A stretch of 64,000 bases of DNA from Lama guanicoe (Eukaryota): positions 23,436,795 through 23,500,794 of the forward strand of contig MU054187.1 of the NCBI GenBank assembly GCA_013239625.1, read 5' to 3'. This document shows, in pieces, positions 42,051 through 54,840 of the stretch (the stretch's first letter is position 1; every line of letters starts with the position of its first letter). The notes beneath the pieces were generated by a model. The model ran no database searches. It was not told the DNA's origin and was given only the letters and a program-made list of their open reading frames with translations. The translations under genes were made by a program, and so were the position numbers.

Positions 42051-43062
42051 TTAACCTCTCTTTTCCCAAGTTACGATCTGTTAAGATAAATTCTAAGTAT
42101 ATACTTCCGTTTCACATGGGTAGTTCGGACCGCACTTAAAACATCCCAAGTGTCCTTAAGCCTTATGTTTGCATTACCTTCATCGCTACTGCAGACACCT
42201 GTAGGCTGATCCTGAGAATAACTGCTTTTGTTTGTTTGTTTCTTTGTTTGTTTTTTCGTTTTATCCTCTTTCTTCTCCCTCAGCTTCAGTCTTTGTCTAA
42301 GCTTATTCTCAGTCCTGGAGGCTCTTGGGTAATCCATTCAATCATGTTCATTCTACTGCCCAGTTCTCCTCAGATCAACTCATTCTCCCCTCACCATGAT
42401 ATCAGTCCTCTGACTCAACCAGTGTCTTTTCCCTGTGCCCCCAACACAGACTTCAGATTCATTGTTTTGAATGATAGCGAGTTCTGAAGACGGAGTACCA
42501 GTCACTTGACTTAAGTTCACTTTACCAGGTAATCTCACCTTTGCATGCCAGGCATTAATCCTTGTGCAATTAAAATCTGTCACTCAGATGATAACAGACT
42601 TAGTAAAAACATAAACTGACTGAATCAAGTTTAAGGAATTACATATGAAAATAAGATGTGAAATAGATTTCATTGCATAAAAGCCACAAGCAACTCCACA
42701 TACTCTTTAAAAAGCCCCCAAGCCCTTAATTAATAGATAAAATGACTTTTAATTGATTAGTTTATTTATTTTCTGGTGCTTTTACGCCAAATCTAAAACT
42801 ATTAAGAGATCACAATGCTCCTAAATTTGACTTATAAATCAGAATACCACAAGAGGAAACATAAATTTGAGAATTAAAAAATTATCTTTGATTTTATTTC
42901 ATTTATATTTATAGTCAACATATGTAGTTCATTTTACAAAATGAATTAGCTACCTAACCTCACTCACCAGGTTTTGCTTATTCATTTCTATGTATTCAAC
43001 AAGGTCTTGGGGAAAAAAATGACCAAAATACAACGGAGCAAGACATGGGGAACTTTCCTTAC

Positions 43063-43201
43063 CTTTAAAGAAGACAAAATTCCCATCACTGTTTTCATAA
43101 ACTGCGTCGATACTAGGAGGCAAGCCCCGCCAGAAGTAAGTGATCTGCATGGGGTACCCATCCATCACCCTGTTGTTTCTCACTCGCCAAAACCACTGGT
43201 C
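43063..43201 (-). CDS. MMP16: MMP16 internal coding exon (exon 7 by human numbering), hemopexin blade 1/2
   Basis: Translates [46 protein letters not shown](G). Acceptor tttgcag|GAC, donor AAAG|gtaagg. 139 bp, phase 0 in and phase 1 out. Confidence 0.98.
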
Positions 43202-43324
43202 CTGCAAAGCAAACAGAAGCATCTCTCAGCAGACGTGAGGCCTCCCACGAATCTCCCTGTGCGAAGGTTTAAGGCTTTCAAAGCTAAGCCAGCGCCTTTA
43301 CTGCTGTCCTACATCAAAACAGTC

Positions 43325-43826
43325 CAGTCTGTATTCTATATCTGTGAGTCTGCTTCTGTTTTATGTATAAGTTCATTTGTCTTTTATTTTTTTTAAAGAT
43401 TCCATATATGAGTGATGTCATATGGTATTTTTCTTTCTCTTTCTGGCTTATTTCACTTAGAATGATAATCTCCAGGTCCACCCATGTTGCTGCAAATGGC
43501 ATTATTTTGTCATTTTTTATGGCTGAGTAGTATTACAGAAACAGAATCACAGACATAGAATACAGATCTGTGGTTGCTGGGGGGAGGGGGTGGGAAGGGG
43601 TAAACTGGGAGTTCGAGATTTGCAGATACTGACTGGTGTATATAAAATAGATAAACAAGTTTATGCTGTATAGCACAGGGAAATATACTCAAAATCTTGT
43701 AGTAGCTCACAGTGAAAAAACATGAAAATGAATATATGTATATTCATGTATGACTGAAGAATTGTGCTGTACACCAGAAATTGACACAACATTGTAAACT
43801 GACTATAACTCAGTAAAAAAAAAAAA
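43325..43826 (+). mobile_element. 5'-truncated L1 with 5' inversion (twin-priming structure)
   Basis: 43325-43534 is the inverted L1 ORF2 end (minus-strand MPFAATWVDLEIIILSEISQ...). 43535-43826 is forward L1 3'UTR ending in A12. Imperfect TSD: aaaacagtc / aaaaaagtc. Confidence 0.85.
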
Positions 43827-46800
43827 GTCAAAGAAACAGCTGAATAACTTGCCCACAATGATCATGAAGGCTCTTGAAGTAAACTACCCAAAGTCTAATC
43901 CATACATTGTGGTTAAAAAGGTAATGTAACAATACTTAATCTTAGCAGTTTATGTTATCTCCAGGGCTTTGTAGATGGAAGAACAGAGATTGCACGGATA
44001 ATTCCATGCCAGATTTGTGAATTAAGTGAGCTTTCCATTTGCTAGGAGCAGCATACGGACATATAAGCACCTTTGTATTTACAGACATATGCAAGCTCTC
44101 CTCATCTAAAATGTTGGAATGAAATAGCGATGCCATGCCTCCTGGTATGCCCATGTTACACCCACGATCTTGTGTAATTATCACCAGAATCCTCTTTCAC
44201 CTTCAAAGGTGTCCTGGTTTAGACCATAAATTATACGGTCACTTTACATGAACAAAGTCATCTTGAAGGAAAATCAACACAGTGGATTCCAGTCTGGGTC
44301 AATTGCTCTCCTGCCTATTTGCTTCCACAATAGCCTCTACTTCACTTGATCATAGCACAGGCCATTTTATATTTAATATGTTTTCTCTTATCTCTAGTGA
44401 ATAATATATATGATTTGCATCATAACAGGTGTTTATAAACATTGTTGAGTTAATAATTAGCCTAACACAATAGTTTTCACCATCAGTTCTCACTAAGGGG
44501 CAACACATCTTCCCCCAAAGGTGTATCTGTTGATGTCAAATCATTTTCTATTAAGAATTTTACAATAATTTAGAGACTATCCAAAGTGCTTTAATATTAG
44601 AGAAACTAGGTATGTTTAAAAGTTAGTTTCCAATAAATGTACTATTTTACTTCATTTCAAATTTCAGTATTTACAAGCAGTGCTTCACTTGTAAGTTATA
44701 ATCTGTACTATTTAGATAAGTGTGTATCACAATAATACTTCCATTTCAACTCTTCTCTGCTCTCCTCCCCCAGCTGAGATATTAATAAGTCATTTATTAT
44801 ACAGCTTTTCCAGGGTTTTGACTAAGAATAGGTTAGCCCGAACTGATTCCCTAGGGCTTGTCAGTTATTCACATTTTAATTCACACACACATACATAACT
44901 ACTAAGGACGCTTGGACTGCAGGCAATATGATAAAAATGAGCCTTTTCCCCAACTAAATTAATTTAAAATATTAAAATTTTTTGAGTAACCTCTGAATAA
45001 TTGTACTTTATTCTACTTATAATCAACTGTCTTCTCTACCAACTTTGCTGTTTATAAATAAACGGAATAGCTTAATTGATGACTTGGAGTTCACATTCTA
45101 TTCTTATTCTGTCCCTTAAAAACTGTGTCGCCTTGGTTGAGATACTAGTCACTGAGTTATTACAAATATCTGGTGTATAGTATGATTACTGATTACTGAT
45201 TAATTCAAAGAACTTTCTGAGGACCTGGCACCTAGTAGCATTAAAATTGTTGGTTGTTACTGCTAAAATTATATTGAAAGTTGTTATCGTATTTTTCTGG
45301 TTTATAATCTTGTTTACAGTTTGCTTGTTCCTTATCTCATTCAAATTTTAGTCATATTTTGGTTCTCTTTACCTCTAACATCTCCTTATATTATTAACTT
45401 GACGTTGATAATTTTCATAGTAGCAGGTAGCCTGAATTAATAAATGTTTTGAGCCACATGCATGAGATATAATAAGCTGATTTTAAAATATAAAGTTATT
45501 TCATGAAAAGATTGAGCTAAGAAAATATGTACGAAAATCCAGGGTTTGCTGGGAATAGTATGTGATCAGGTGATATTCTGTTGATTTCAAAGAAAAACAG
45601 CATTTTGGTCTATCTGTAACAAGGGTTTTTGCCTGGGTATTAAAATCAGGCCAATCGCCACATAAAATATTCTTAAATTATCATAATATATATCCTAAAC
45701 TAATAAATATAAATGGCTAAAAAAACTACTGGATTCCGACAAAGAAAGCTGACCGTGATTATTTATGGAACAATGAAATGGAACGTTCTCTAGGCCAAAA
45801 AACAGGAGGGAATTGAATGGAAAACCCTGTATTATATTCCATTTTTTCTCAGAGAAGCACTTCACATTGCTAGCATCTCACTAAGACAGGGCCAACGGGT
45901 TTTTGGGACAAACAGGCTGCATTCTGGAGATAGGAACCCAACCTCAACATGCCACTAAGGAAGGAAGAAATGAAGTTCTTCCTCAAGATAAGCAGTCAAT
46001 TGGCAAAAGTTGTCAAGGCAATGGGGAAGCACAGGTGAATCCATGACTGTTTCTCATGGACAGGAGCCCTGGCAGAGAGTCGTATAAATTGTGGATGTTC
46101 AGTTTTTGACTCCATTCAATTTATCCACAACTTCTCTGTTGAGCAGGATGCAATGGTACAAATAATTTAGCAAGTGTTGTTACAGAGGATGTAAATGCAG
46201 ACTACAGTCATCACAGATTGCCAATTCAGAAAAAGTGCCTGTGACTCATTTGCAGAGAGAAGATATTTTAAATGATATTGAAGTCTTGATACCAATTTTC
46301 CTTCCAAAAGAAACCTTCTCTGACCAAGCTATCTAAGATTGAAGCCCCTCACTCCAACCACACCTGCTTTCACTATCCCCCCCACCCCTGCTTTTTCTTC
46401 ACTGATGCATTTATCACTGTCTTACATGTTTTACTTATTTATTGTTCATTCTCTCTGCTGGAATATAATCCCAATGACAGCAAACAGGTCTGTCTCTTGT
46501 TTACTTATGGCTCCCTATTTCCAGAAAAATGCCTTGCACATAGTACAAGCTCAGTAAATATGTCTTGAAAGAAAATAAAAGTTAAGGAGGAAAGGGCAAA
46601 GGTAAGTGATTCTTTTTAGAAGCCAAAAGGTATGTGGAAGTCACAAGAACACAAAAGCCTACTTGAAAAGACACATGATTAGTAGTACACATTTCGTTTT
46701 CTAGAAGGATGTGATGTATAAAGGACTTTGAACCATGGATTGAAAAAAAACATTTTCACCTTTCCAAACAATGTAGGTTTTGTTTTAGCCTTTGATGTAA

Positions 46801-49438
46801 AGGGGAAGAATGAGGAGTCACCTCTACAGAGCCCTACATTTATTGTTTGTATCTTGTCTCTGGCCTCTGGCTACAGCTCTTACAGAAAAGGGTGGGAGGG
46901 GAGAGCATACACTAAAAATAATCACAGCTAGCACGTTGGCCAAATCAACCTAGGAAAACGCACCATGCTTAAAAATTAAAAGTAGAGATTCCTACCCAAA
47001 CACCAGTATTTCACTTCAGATACAAATATTTTGGGGTTTAAAAAACAGATATTTCTTTCCATGCAGTACGGGACCCAGACAGACCATTTTGTTCATGAAA
47101 ACAAGTTCACAAAGCATCACACAGTATGCAGCATGACGCAGTCACATACAAGAGAAATTCAGTTTGCTTTTCTTCTAGTGTCTTTAAAATTCTGGCTTAA
47201 ATCTGCGTGTTGTTTGCTGAAAACTGTACAGAAAAACTATACTATCTCCTGCCATCCGAGAAGATGATGATGTTTTTGATCTATTTTCAGGCCTTCAAAA
47301 AAAATTAGTAGAACTGACCTCCTTGTACTTCCCTTCTAACATAGAAGATTTGTTTATCGAACCAACAACTTGATGTAAATCTGTGAACGTCTCACGTGTC
47401 TCAGCGTGAACACCTCCAGAAGGCATCCTCTGTGGTCCCAGCCCTCTCTGGCTTCCTCTAGTCCTCCCCACTTCTCAAATGGCATCGCACATCTCTTGAT
47501 TTCTTGCCATCACCACCGCCACCATCCTACTCCAGCTGCCGCTGAATTTCGCTGAAATGGCTGTGATGCCAGCTCAAAGCCATGGTTTGCCTCCTACTGC
47601 ATCTGAAGAAATTCACACTCAGCCCAGCCTCCAGCCCCTGCCCAGCCCCCGGGCAGGCTCCCCTGTGCTCACGGAGCTCCAGTTACATGGGCTTCCTTCC
47701 AGTTTCTTGATAGAGACAAGCTCTCTCCTTCCTCAAGACCTCTCCGATGCAGTTTGCTCCATTTGGAATATTCTTTCTCTTCCTCATATTTTTCCCTGTT
47801 GACTATAATACTAACTTTAAAAACTGTCAAATTAATAATTATTCACACACAATAGAATAACAGAAATATTTGCGTTTTCTTCTGTTCATATACGAGGTGC
47901 TGCTCTACTAATTGTGGTTAAGCCCTACTAGGCAGAGAGATCTGAGCAAGTAAAAGTTGCATATGTGTCAGCACTGTTTTCTTTCTGGGTCTTTATATCC
48001 TTTTTTTCCCGATTCCTTTTGCATCTACTCTTGTTCAGAAACCATTTCGCAATGGTTGCAAAGAAGAAAAGAACAGTTAGTCAAAAAGGCTTCATCAATA
48101 CACTGCCTTCAGGGAAGGGAGCCTCAAACTGGATGACTGTAACACACAGGACTGTGACATGTCGGTTTCTTCCCCCTCCTTTGGGATCTGAAGATCATGA
48201 CTATTGGCAGAGTGACCTAAATTTCAATACCCATATTGAGTGTTGAAAAAATATAGAAGATTTCACTCCTCGCCTTGAACTGGATTCCAAAAACACGAAC
48301 TCTTTAAGAATGTGCATTCATTCCAGAGAGAAGCAGAGGCAAACAGCTAATTTCAAAAGGCAGTGCCTCCATAAACTGGGAACGGCCGTCTAGTTACTAT
48401 GATGGGCTGGGAAACAGCTGTGCCATTAGCATACCTAGTAAGAATTACCATCCCTTTATTTCTGACCTGAAGAAAGACGTCTCATCTACAATAAAAAAAA
48501 AAAAAAACTATGTTCCTGGTGAATAAAATAGAAGGCTATATTTTACTCACGGTACAGAGATAGGGCAGTGTATTCAATTGAGTATTTTAACCACCTGATC
48601 TAAATTTGTCTCAGTGTTTTTCTATCAACTCATCATGTTTCATTTTCTTCACAGCACCTATTGTTCTCTGAAATGGTCTTGTTTCTTTGCTCACCTGCCT
48701 CTCATCATAGCCTGCACCTCATCTAATTCAAACTCTGTACTCCTCAGTGCTGGAACAATGCCCGGCACTATGTGTTAAATAAGTGTACAAAGATAGAGAA
48801 AACTGGAGTGAGAGAGAGACATGTGAGCAAATCTCTTCCTTGGCCTGGATGTAGGGGGCCTGGCTGGCTTGTGTCCCCACAGAAAGTCTTGCCTAGCTCC
48901 TTTTTACTGCCCTTACAGCATCCAGTATCCACCAAAGTACTTAGACCACTGTATGGAAATCCCCCACTTGCCAGCCTGCTTCTACATGATCTACATGAGC
49001 ATCCTTATCATTTGCTTTCTCTCTCCCTTCCTTCCTTCCCTCCCTCCCTCCCTTCTTTCTACCCTCCCTTCATTCTTTTTTTAAGACTCAGTTCAGGCTT
49101 CAACACCTCCTGAGACATTCACTTAAAAGATGCCTCTATCCCCCAAGGGTTCCTCCTGCCCTGTAGATGACCCTTCTCTTTTTCCCGCTGCATCCTGTAC
49201 TGTGGTACTGCCCGACGTGCCACAACGCGGTCATGATGTAAAGAAGGGGAAAGAGATGCTTCACGACATGACACAAGAAGAACCAAGGGCTGAGCTAGAG
49301 CTGTGGAGTATTAATTCCTTGACTTCCTCTTCAGTTAGTCATGTTCTTTCCCCCAGACCTCACCATGCTACATGGAGGAAACTTGTTGAGCTGAAAGAAC
49401 GCGGAAAGTAGAGCAATCAGCACTAAGAATAATACACT

Positions 49439-49835
49439 AGTAAGTCAGAAAGAGAAAGAAAAATACCATATGATATCACTTATATGCGGAATCTTAAAAA
49501 AAAGGGGGTGAGGGGAACACTAATGAACTCATGAACTCAACTCCAAAACAGAAACAGACTCACAGACATAGAAAACAATCTTATGATTACCAGGGAAAGG
49601 GGGTGGGAAGGGATAAATTTGGGAGTTTGAGATTTGCAAATGTTAACCACTATATATAAGAATAGATTAAAAAAACAAGTTTCTTCTGTATAGCACAGGG
49701 AACTATATTCAATATCTTGCATAACCTTTAATGAAAAAGAATATGAAAACGAATACATGTATGTATATATGTGACTGGGACATTGTGCTGCACACCAGAA
49801 GTTGACACATTGTAACTGACTATACTTCAAAAAAA
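49439..49835 (+). mobile_element. 5'-truncated L1 3' end
   Basis: ORF2 tail (agtcagaaagagaaagaaaaataccatatgatatcactt) followed by a 3'UTR homologous to the 43535 and 51588 copies; short A tail. Confidence 0.88.
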
Positions 49836-51587
49836 TACATATATATACTGAACAAATATAAAGTCATCAACAGACTCCAGGCAAAAGCCCTGAGCAGGTG
49901 CAAAAGCCTAAGGGGGGAGGGAGGAAGGCAGGCAGGATGCCCAGGAGGCAAAGTGCTAGAGGGAAACTTTTTTTTTCTTTCAAAGGGACACAAAGTTACT
50001 TGTCAACAAATCAGGTGTAAAAGCCCTTTGTTGAATCTGAGGTTTGCTCCTACTAAATAAGGTTAGATTGAGTGGAGAATTCCCTAGAAACTACAACGCA
50101 AAAAACCCTGAAAGATTCCTAAGTGACTTTGTTTCAGAGTTCAGAGCAGTTGTTGCCATAACAGGAGAGACTAGTCCCCATTAGCATCACCTAATTGCTT
50201 TATGCTAATATGCTCTTGAAAACATCCCTGCTGCCTCCACTGCTTTGCTGTGGTTTATTTACTTAAACAGGGAGTTCAAAAGGTAACTGTCCTTCCTTAC
50301 ACTCAAAGAAAGTCCTCAACAAACAGCTTGATGTGCAAGAAGATAGTGATGGACTTCTAAAGCAGTCCTAGGGAAGTCAGAATATCACACTCACTAGCAA
50401 ATGGAAAGCATTTGGGCTACTGGTTCACTTCTGTCAATATTTGCTTACTGTTGAAGTAAAAAAAATAAAAAGAGAAGCTTTTCCAAAATAAATATAAATA
50501 AATAAGTTTCCTAATCACTCAACCAAATAATGGAGCTAGAACAACTATTGATGTGGTTGAGTAAGTTTTGAAAATTATTCTAAGCAATAAGGAATCTAGT
50601 GACAGAAGATTAAATAAAAACTGATGTATGTAAGTGTTGGTTTGTGCAAGTATAGGAGCTTAACATAGTAATATTTTTGTATAAAAGAGACGGTGTATCT
50701 CCACTTGGCTGGAAGATTCATGAATTAAGAGGAATTTCAGCAGCCTGTGAAGGTAAGGAAGGCCTGTGTTGAACGGGCTTTCATAGGTGAACCTTAAGGG
50801 CACTATAGAAAAGGAAATTAACACATCATACCAAAGGAAGGTACAAAATAATTTACACTCCATCGGGATGAGGGTAATGGTGGGCAAGAGAAGGCATATC
50901 TGTTTTAGAGAAAGGGGAAGTGAGATTTGGTGACTAGGAGGAGCTTCAGTGGTATGTGGCAGGGATGGGTGCTCTAGGAGGGTGAGCTGCTAACACAAGG
51001 AAAGTGACAATCCTCGAAGCAACTGCACACAAATGCCATACAAAATAGAAAGATAGCATTTTGATGAGACATCCAATGCCAAGTCAATAAAATAGGATCT
51101 ATAAGGAAACAAATACAGAGATGAAGGACTAAAATCAGGAGGAAATTAAATAAAAATAAATGTAGAATTGGAAGGGTCTGGCATTAAGCTGTACAGTGTT
51201 GTAACCCGGCTGTCAGGCAGATGTTAGAAAAGAAAGCACCAGGGATTTTAGGAGGCACGTTAGCGTAGTGACTGGAGAGAAGAAGGCATTTGTCTCAGGT
51301 AAAGCAGTAAATTCTAAGTAATGAAACACACACATCCCAGAGTGAGGATGCCAAGTGAGCAAAACAGTATCGCAAATAATATAAAGAGTAACCGAAATTT
51401 GTCTCCTAGTAGTAAAAACGAAAAGTGAGTTCATGTAAAGCACTTAAATAAGAGGGAAAATTACTCCTTGCTCAACCACACGTATTTCAAACATGTGGTT
51501 TATGCTATCTGTATTTACAACTTACATGTTTGTGGGTATAGTTGAAACCTCAGAAATTGAGAATATGTTACCCTGCCTGCATTTCTT

Positions 51588-52391
51588 TTTTTTTTTAATT
51601 TTATTTTATTGAGTTATAGTCAATTTACAATGTTGTGTCAGATTCCAGTGTAGAGCACAATTTTTCCATTTTACATAAACATATACTCATTGTCGCATAC
51701 TTTTTCACTGTGAGCTACCACAAGATCTTGCATATATTTCCCTGTGCTATACAGTATAATCTTGTTTATCTATTCTACATATGCCTGTCAGTATCTACAA
51801 ATTTCGAACTCCCAGTCTGTCCTTTCCCACCTCCCTCCCCCTGGCAACCACAAGTTTGTATTCTTTGTCTATGAGTCTGTCTCTGTTTTGTATTTTCTTC
51901 ATTTGTCTTTTTCTTTCTTTGTTTCTTTTTTCTTTCTTTTTTTTTTTAGATTCCACATATGAGAGATCTCACACGGTATTTTTCTTTCTTTCTCTGGCTT
52001 CCTTCACTTAGAATGACATTCTCCAGGGACATTCATGTTGCTGCAAATGGTGTTATGTTGTCATTTTTATGGCTGAATAGTATTCCATTGTATAAATACA
52101 CCACATCTTCTTTATCCAGTCACCTGTTGATGGACATTTAGGCTGTTTCTATGTCTTGGTGCTTGTAAATAGTGCTGCTATGAACATTGGGGTGCAGGTG
52201 TCATTTTTGAAGTAGGGTTCCTTCTGGATATATACCCAGGAGTGGGATTCCTGGGTCATATGGTAAGTCTATTCCTAGCCTTTTGAGGAATCTCCAGACT
52301 GTTTTCCACAGTGGCTGCACCAAACTGCCTTCCCACCAGCAGTGTAGGAGGGTTCCCTTTTCTCCACAGCCTCTCCAGCATTTGTCATTTG
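51588..52391 (-). mobile_element. Young 5'-truncated L1 with perfect target-site duplication
   Basis: Poly(T) at the left end on the plus strand. ORF2 C-terminal peptide [36 protein letters not shown]. The 19-bp direct repeat taccctgcctgcatttctt occurs at 51569-51587 and 52392-52410. Confidence 0.95.
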
Positions 52392-52811
52392 TACCCTGCC
52401 TGCATTTCTTCATGAGGATTCAAATTCACATAGAAGTGAAGAAAGAAAACCAGTTCACTTAGTTAAACAACTTAATTTTTTCTCTGTCTTCTGCTACTAT
52501 CTGAAGATAGAAATAAATCTTTATTTATTTATTTATTTATGCAAGATTTCAGTTCTTTTCAACCTTCTTTGATTTCTATGGTGTGGTTAAAAAAAGAGTT
52601 TGCAATTGTAATTCATTTAATAGACATTATGAATACAGATGAATCTCACTTGATACCATATATCCATTCCTAAAAAGCTGGTTATTGATTATTGTGTGAT
52701 GCAAATACTACTTTAACTGAATGAAAATGAATTAGCATTTAAAGGGATAATGTTAAAGAAAATAATCATTTTACTTACTGGTGCCTGTAAGCTTTTGTGT
52801 GAGAGTTAACA

Positions 52812-54840
52812 ACAATCCTCCTGAAACTATTCCAAAAAATTGCAGAGGAGAAAACACTTCCAAACTCATTCTATGAGGCCACCATCACTCTGGTACCAAA
52901 ACCAGACAGATATCACAACAAAAGAAAATTACAGGCCAGTATCTCTGATGCAAAAATCCTCAACAAAATGCTAGCACACCAGGTCCAACAAAACACTGAG
53001 AAGATTATATACCATGATCAAGTGGGATTTATCCCAGGGATGCAAAATATTTCAAGATCTGCAAATCAGTCAATGTGATATCACATTAAAAATCTGAAGA
53101 ACAAAATCACAATCACCTCAATAGATACAGGATAAGCTTTTGATAAAATTCAACATGCATTTATGACAAAAGCTCTCCAGAAAGCAGGCATAGAGGGGTC
53201 ATACTTCAAAATAATGAAGGCCATATGGGACAAAACCACAGCCAACATCATACTCAATGGTGAAAAGCTGAAGAAAGCATGTCCTCTAATATCAGGAACA
53301 AAACAAGGATGGTCACTCTTGCCACTTTTATTCAACACAGTTTTGGAAGTCCTAGCCATAGCAATCAGAGAAGAAAAACAAATAAAAGGAGTGCAAATTG
53401 GAAAGGAAGAAGTACAACTGTCAATGTTTGCAGATGATATGATACTAAACATAGAAAACCTTAGAGATGCCACCACAAAAAAACAGAGCTCATCAATGAA
53501 TTTGGTAAAGTTGCAGGATACAAAATTAATATACAGAAATCTGCTGCATTTCTATACATTAACAAGGAAGTAGCAGAAAGAGAAATTAAGGAAATTTCCT
53601 TAATTTCCTGGACAGTTACATGTAAAAGAATGAAATTAGAGCATTCCCCAACACCATCTACAAGAATACAGTCAAAATGGATTCATGACCGAAATGTAGA
53701 ACTGGATACTATAAAACCCCTGAGAAAAACGTCAGCAGAACACTCTTTGACATAAATAGCAGCAAAGTTCCTTGGATCCATCTCCTAAAACAAGGGAAAC
53801 AAAAGCAAAAAAATGAACAAATGGGATCTAACTGAACTTAATAGCCTTTGCACAGCAAAGTAAACCATGAACAAAAGGAAGGGACAATCTAATGAATAGG
53901 AGACCAATATGGGATTAATATCCAACATATACAAACAGCTCATACAGCACAACATCAAAAACAAATAAATAAATAAATAAAACCTGATTAAACAATGAGC
54001 AGAAGACCTGAACAGACTTTGTTTTTTTTCCCAGAGGAGAAATAAAGATGGCCAAGAGCCACATGAAAAGATGCTCAAAATCACTAATCACCAGGGAAAC
54101 ATAAATGAAACCCACAATGAGATATCACCTCCCGCTGGTCAGAATGGCCATAATCAAAAACAGCAAAATTAAAAATGTTGGTGAGGATGCGGATAAAAGG
54201 GAACCCTTGTGCACTGCTGGTGGGAATGTAAACTGGTGCAGCCACTATGTTAAACAGCGTGGAGGTTTCTCAAAAACCTAAAAATAGAACTACAGTATGA
54301 CTCAGCATTTCCACTCCTGGCCATATATCTGGGAAAAAAAAACAGTAACACTAATTTGAAAAGATATATGCACCCCAATGTTCATAGCAGCATTATTTAT
54401 AATTACCAAGATATGAAAGCAACCTAAAGATCCACCAGCAGACAAATGGATAAAGAAAATATCGCAGTGGAATACTACTCAGCCATAAAAAGAATGCAAT
54501 TTTGCCATTTGCAGCAACATGGATTCTTGGATGGCATTATGCTAAGTGAAATAAGTTGGACAGGGAAAGGCAAATACGGTATCATATCAGTTATATGTGG
54601 AATAAAAACAACACAACAAACTAGTGAATAGAACAAAAAAGAAGCAGACTCACAGATACAGAGAACACAGATACAGAGATATGGTGATTATCAGCAGGGG
54701 AGGAGGGGCAGAGTAGGGGTGAGGGAATGGGAGACAAAAGCTATCGGGTGTAAGATGAGCACAAGGATGGAACACACGACATGGAGACTATGGCCAATGT
54801 TCTGTAATTACTGTAACTGTAAAGTAACCTTTAAAATTGT
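52812..54840 (+). mobile_element. Degenerate L1 ORF2 (RT region) plus 3'UTR, with an internal deletion
   Basis: The ORF at 53163-53573 has RT motifs [21 protein letters not shown] and SMFADDMIL. Downstream ORF2 C-terminal and 3'UTR sequence is frameshifted. gttaacaa occurs at both flanks (52805, 54841), a possible TSD. Confidence 0.93.

Noticed and set aside
27372..43062. Orthologue of the alternative terminal exon of the human soluble MT3-MMP isoform
   Set aside because: I could not locate it by eye. A faint resemblance near 36553-36580 was unconvincing. A tBLASTn or genome alignment is needed.
53163..53573. Reverse transcriptase-like ORF with FADD motif as a possible novel RT system
   Set aside because: Ordinary frameshifted and deleted L1 ORF2 fragment.
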